DNA of 31,384 nucleotides from Psammoneis japonica (Eukaryota): NCBI GenBank assembly GCA_008632985.1, contig QPGO01000073.1, positions 372,001 to 403,384 of the forward strand, read 5' to 3'. Shown piece by piece: positions 30,006 to 31,384 of this stretch (position 1 is its first letter; each line of letters starts with the position of its first letter). The notes under the pieces were generated by a model. It saw only the letters and a program-made list of their open reading frames with translations, ran no database searches and was not told where the DNA came from. The position numbers and the translations under genes were made by a program.

Positions 30006-30348
30006 TTCCGAATGTTTCTTTGTGATTGTTCACATGCGTCACTTGAAGGCACCCACGTGTTTTTCACGTGCCTTAACGTGCATGCAGAAATCCATGTTGT
30101 TTTCCAGTGCATGCACCCTTTCTCCTGATGCTGTTCCACACAATGTTTTCTTCCATCAATTCCACACTCCGCACTGCCCTTTCCCGGTGTGATCTCATGC
30201 AGGATTTCCCTGGGAGAAGTCACACGCACGTCTGGCAGGTTTTTGTGTTTAAAACTCCAAATCGCACCAGGCGCACATGCAACTTCTCCCACACACCACT
30301 CTGGTGTGTTTCTACAGAAACCAGATTTTCAGTGTTGGAACAGCAACC

Positions 30349-31384
30349 ATGGTGCCGCGTGACCTGTCGGTTGCCTCTCTGTCACAAGACAACAATGATT
30401 CCTGCCTCGAGGAGGCCGCATTTGAATCTCTCTTTGCCAACGGTTTTGGAGTGATCGACAGCAACGAGTGGAGCCGTGTCAAAGCGACAATCGAGACGGT
30501 GAAATCCAAGGTTCAGTTTCACCGCAATTCCACTTGTGACGGGCTCCAGTCCTGGGTGGGACTTTTTGTGACATTTGCCCCGTAGAATTCTACGTGCGAG
30601 TGCTGCAGTTCGTACTCTGGTCAATGGACACATTTGTCTTCGACATAAAATGAACGGCCAAGTTTGCAGTGCATGCATCTCTGTTGGGACTCAAAGTTTT
30701 GGATGGTGCAACTGCCCCACACCATTCTTAAGACACTCGAGAATGGCGCAGAAGAAAAAAATGTTAAAAGTTGTTGAATGGATCGCCTGACAATTGCACT
30801 GTAAAATGACACAAAATTTCGCCAAAATCACGTAGAAATGTGCGTGCGCGACATGTGACGCGATTCAAAAAACTGTTGATGTCACAGTTCAGCAGTGCGA
30901 GGTCCCACCTAGACCTGGAACGCGTCTTGTGACCCCTCTCCGAATTGGATCGCGCTTGCCCAAGTGTGGCAAAAGTTGAAGGGCAGACCTCATTTTTTTT
31001 TAGAGCCAATGGCTGTGAACCGCATTGTTGCAAAGGAGCTTGGGTGCAAGAGCTTGCTGCACTTTCTTTCCGCAAAAGGATGGAGTTGTTCCAGTCAAGG
31101 TGCCAAACATCCTCATGCGTTGGAGCATCGCCGTGCTCCCAAAGCAGAGGACACGAAAGTCGTCGGTGACAAGGCAAAATCAACAGACATTGCAACCAAC
31201 ATGATGGCAAAGATTTCCATGTTGTGCAAGCTTCTCCATGATCCCGGATTGCGCGACCCAAAGGGAGAGCCACTTGTCAAGCACGTTGAGCTGAGAAGTT
31301 TTGAAGGGAAGGTTTTGCATTGCGCGCAATGCCTTCACATTGGTTTTTGATTCTTCGTGACAAGATTCTGCCGCACACACCTGA
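30349..31384 (+). pseudogene. Decayed coding sequence divergent from 29523-30005, unknown family
   Basis: MVPRDLSVASLSQD..EAAFESLFANGFGVIDSNEWSRVKATIETV and, further on, AVNRIVAKELGCKSLLHFLSAKGWSC..KHPHALEHRR..MLCKLLHDPGL. These read naturally if several C/H were originally Y. Confidence 0.4.

Larger units (their letters stand above)
26800..31384. other. Third TpA-depleted block containing fossil coding sequences; runs off the right edge
   Basis: TA is nearly absent (none between 29530 and 30073). CpG is depleted in the left part but largely retained from about 29500 onward. Confidence 0.75.

Noticed and set aside
1..31384. rRNA, tRNA or other structured RNA genes
   Set aside because: None recognised by eye. 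A tRNAscan-SE or Infernal run would be needed to exclude them.

Overview
Eukaryotic, most likely diatom, genomic DNA. This is inferred from compact genes, short GT-AG introns and typical diatom gene families. Intact or near-intact genes: an SPX-domain protein (runs off the left edge), an SPRYD7-like gene, a secreted lamin-tail-like/N-formylglutamate-amidohydrolase fusion, a MYND-RING-TPR protein, an ankyrin protein, two tandem Sulfotransfer_2 genes, an SDR-like protein and a 1364-aa protein with six DEP domains. There is also a truncated AASDH-like pseudogene. Two things stand out. (1) The C-terminal domain of the six-DEP protein carries the catalytic motifs of class II (anthrax edema factor/CyaA/ExoY-type) nucleotidyl cyclases at matching spacing, although that class is known mainly as bacterial toxins. 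(2) Three blocks of decayed transposon or fossil-gene DNA (about 2.65-7.54, 12.7-14.33 and 26.8-31.4 kb) have almost no TpA dinucleotides. Comparing an intact and a decayed copy of the same MITE indicates TA->CA/TG conversion, the reverse of fungal RIP, and this is partly independent of CpG decay. All family assignments come from motif recognition by eye, and counts are by hand; no searches were run.
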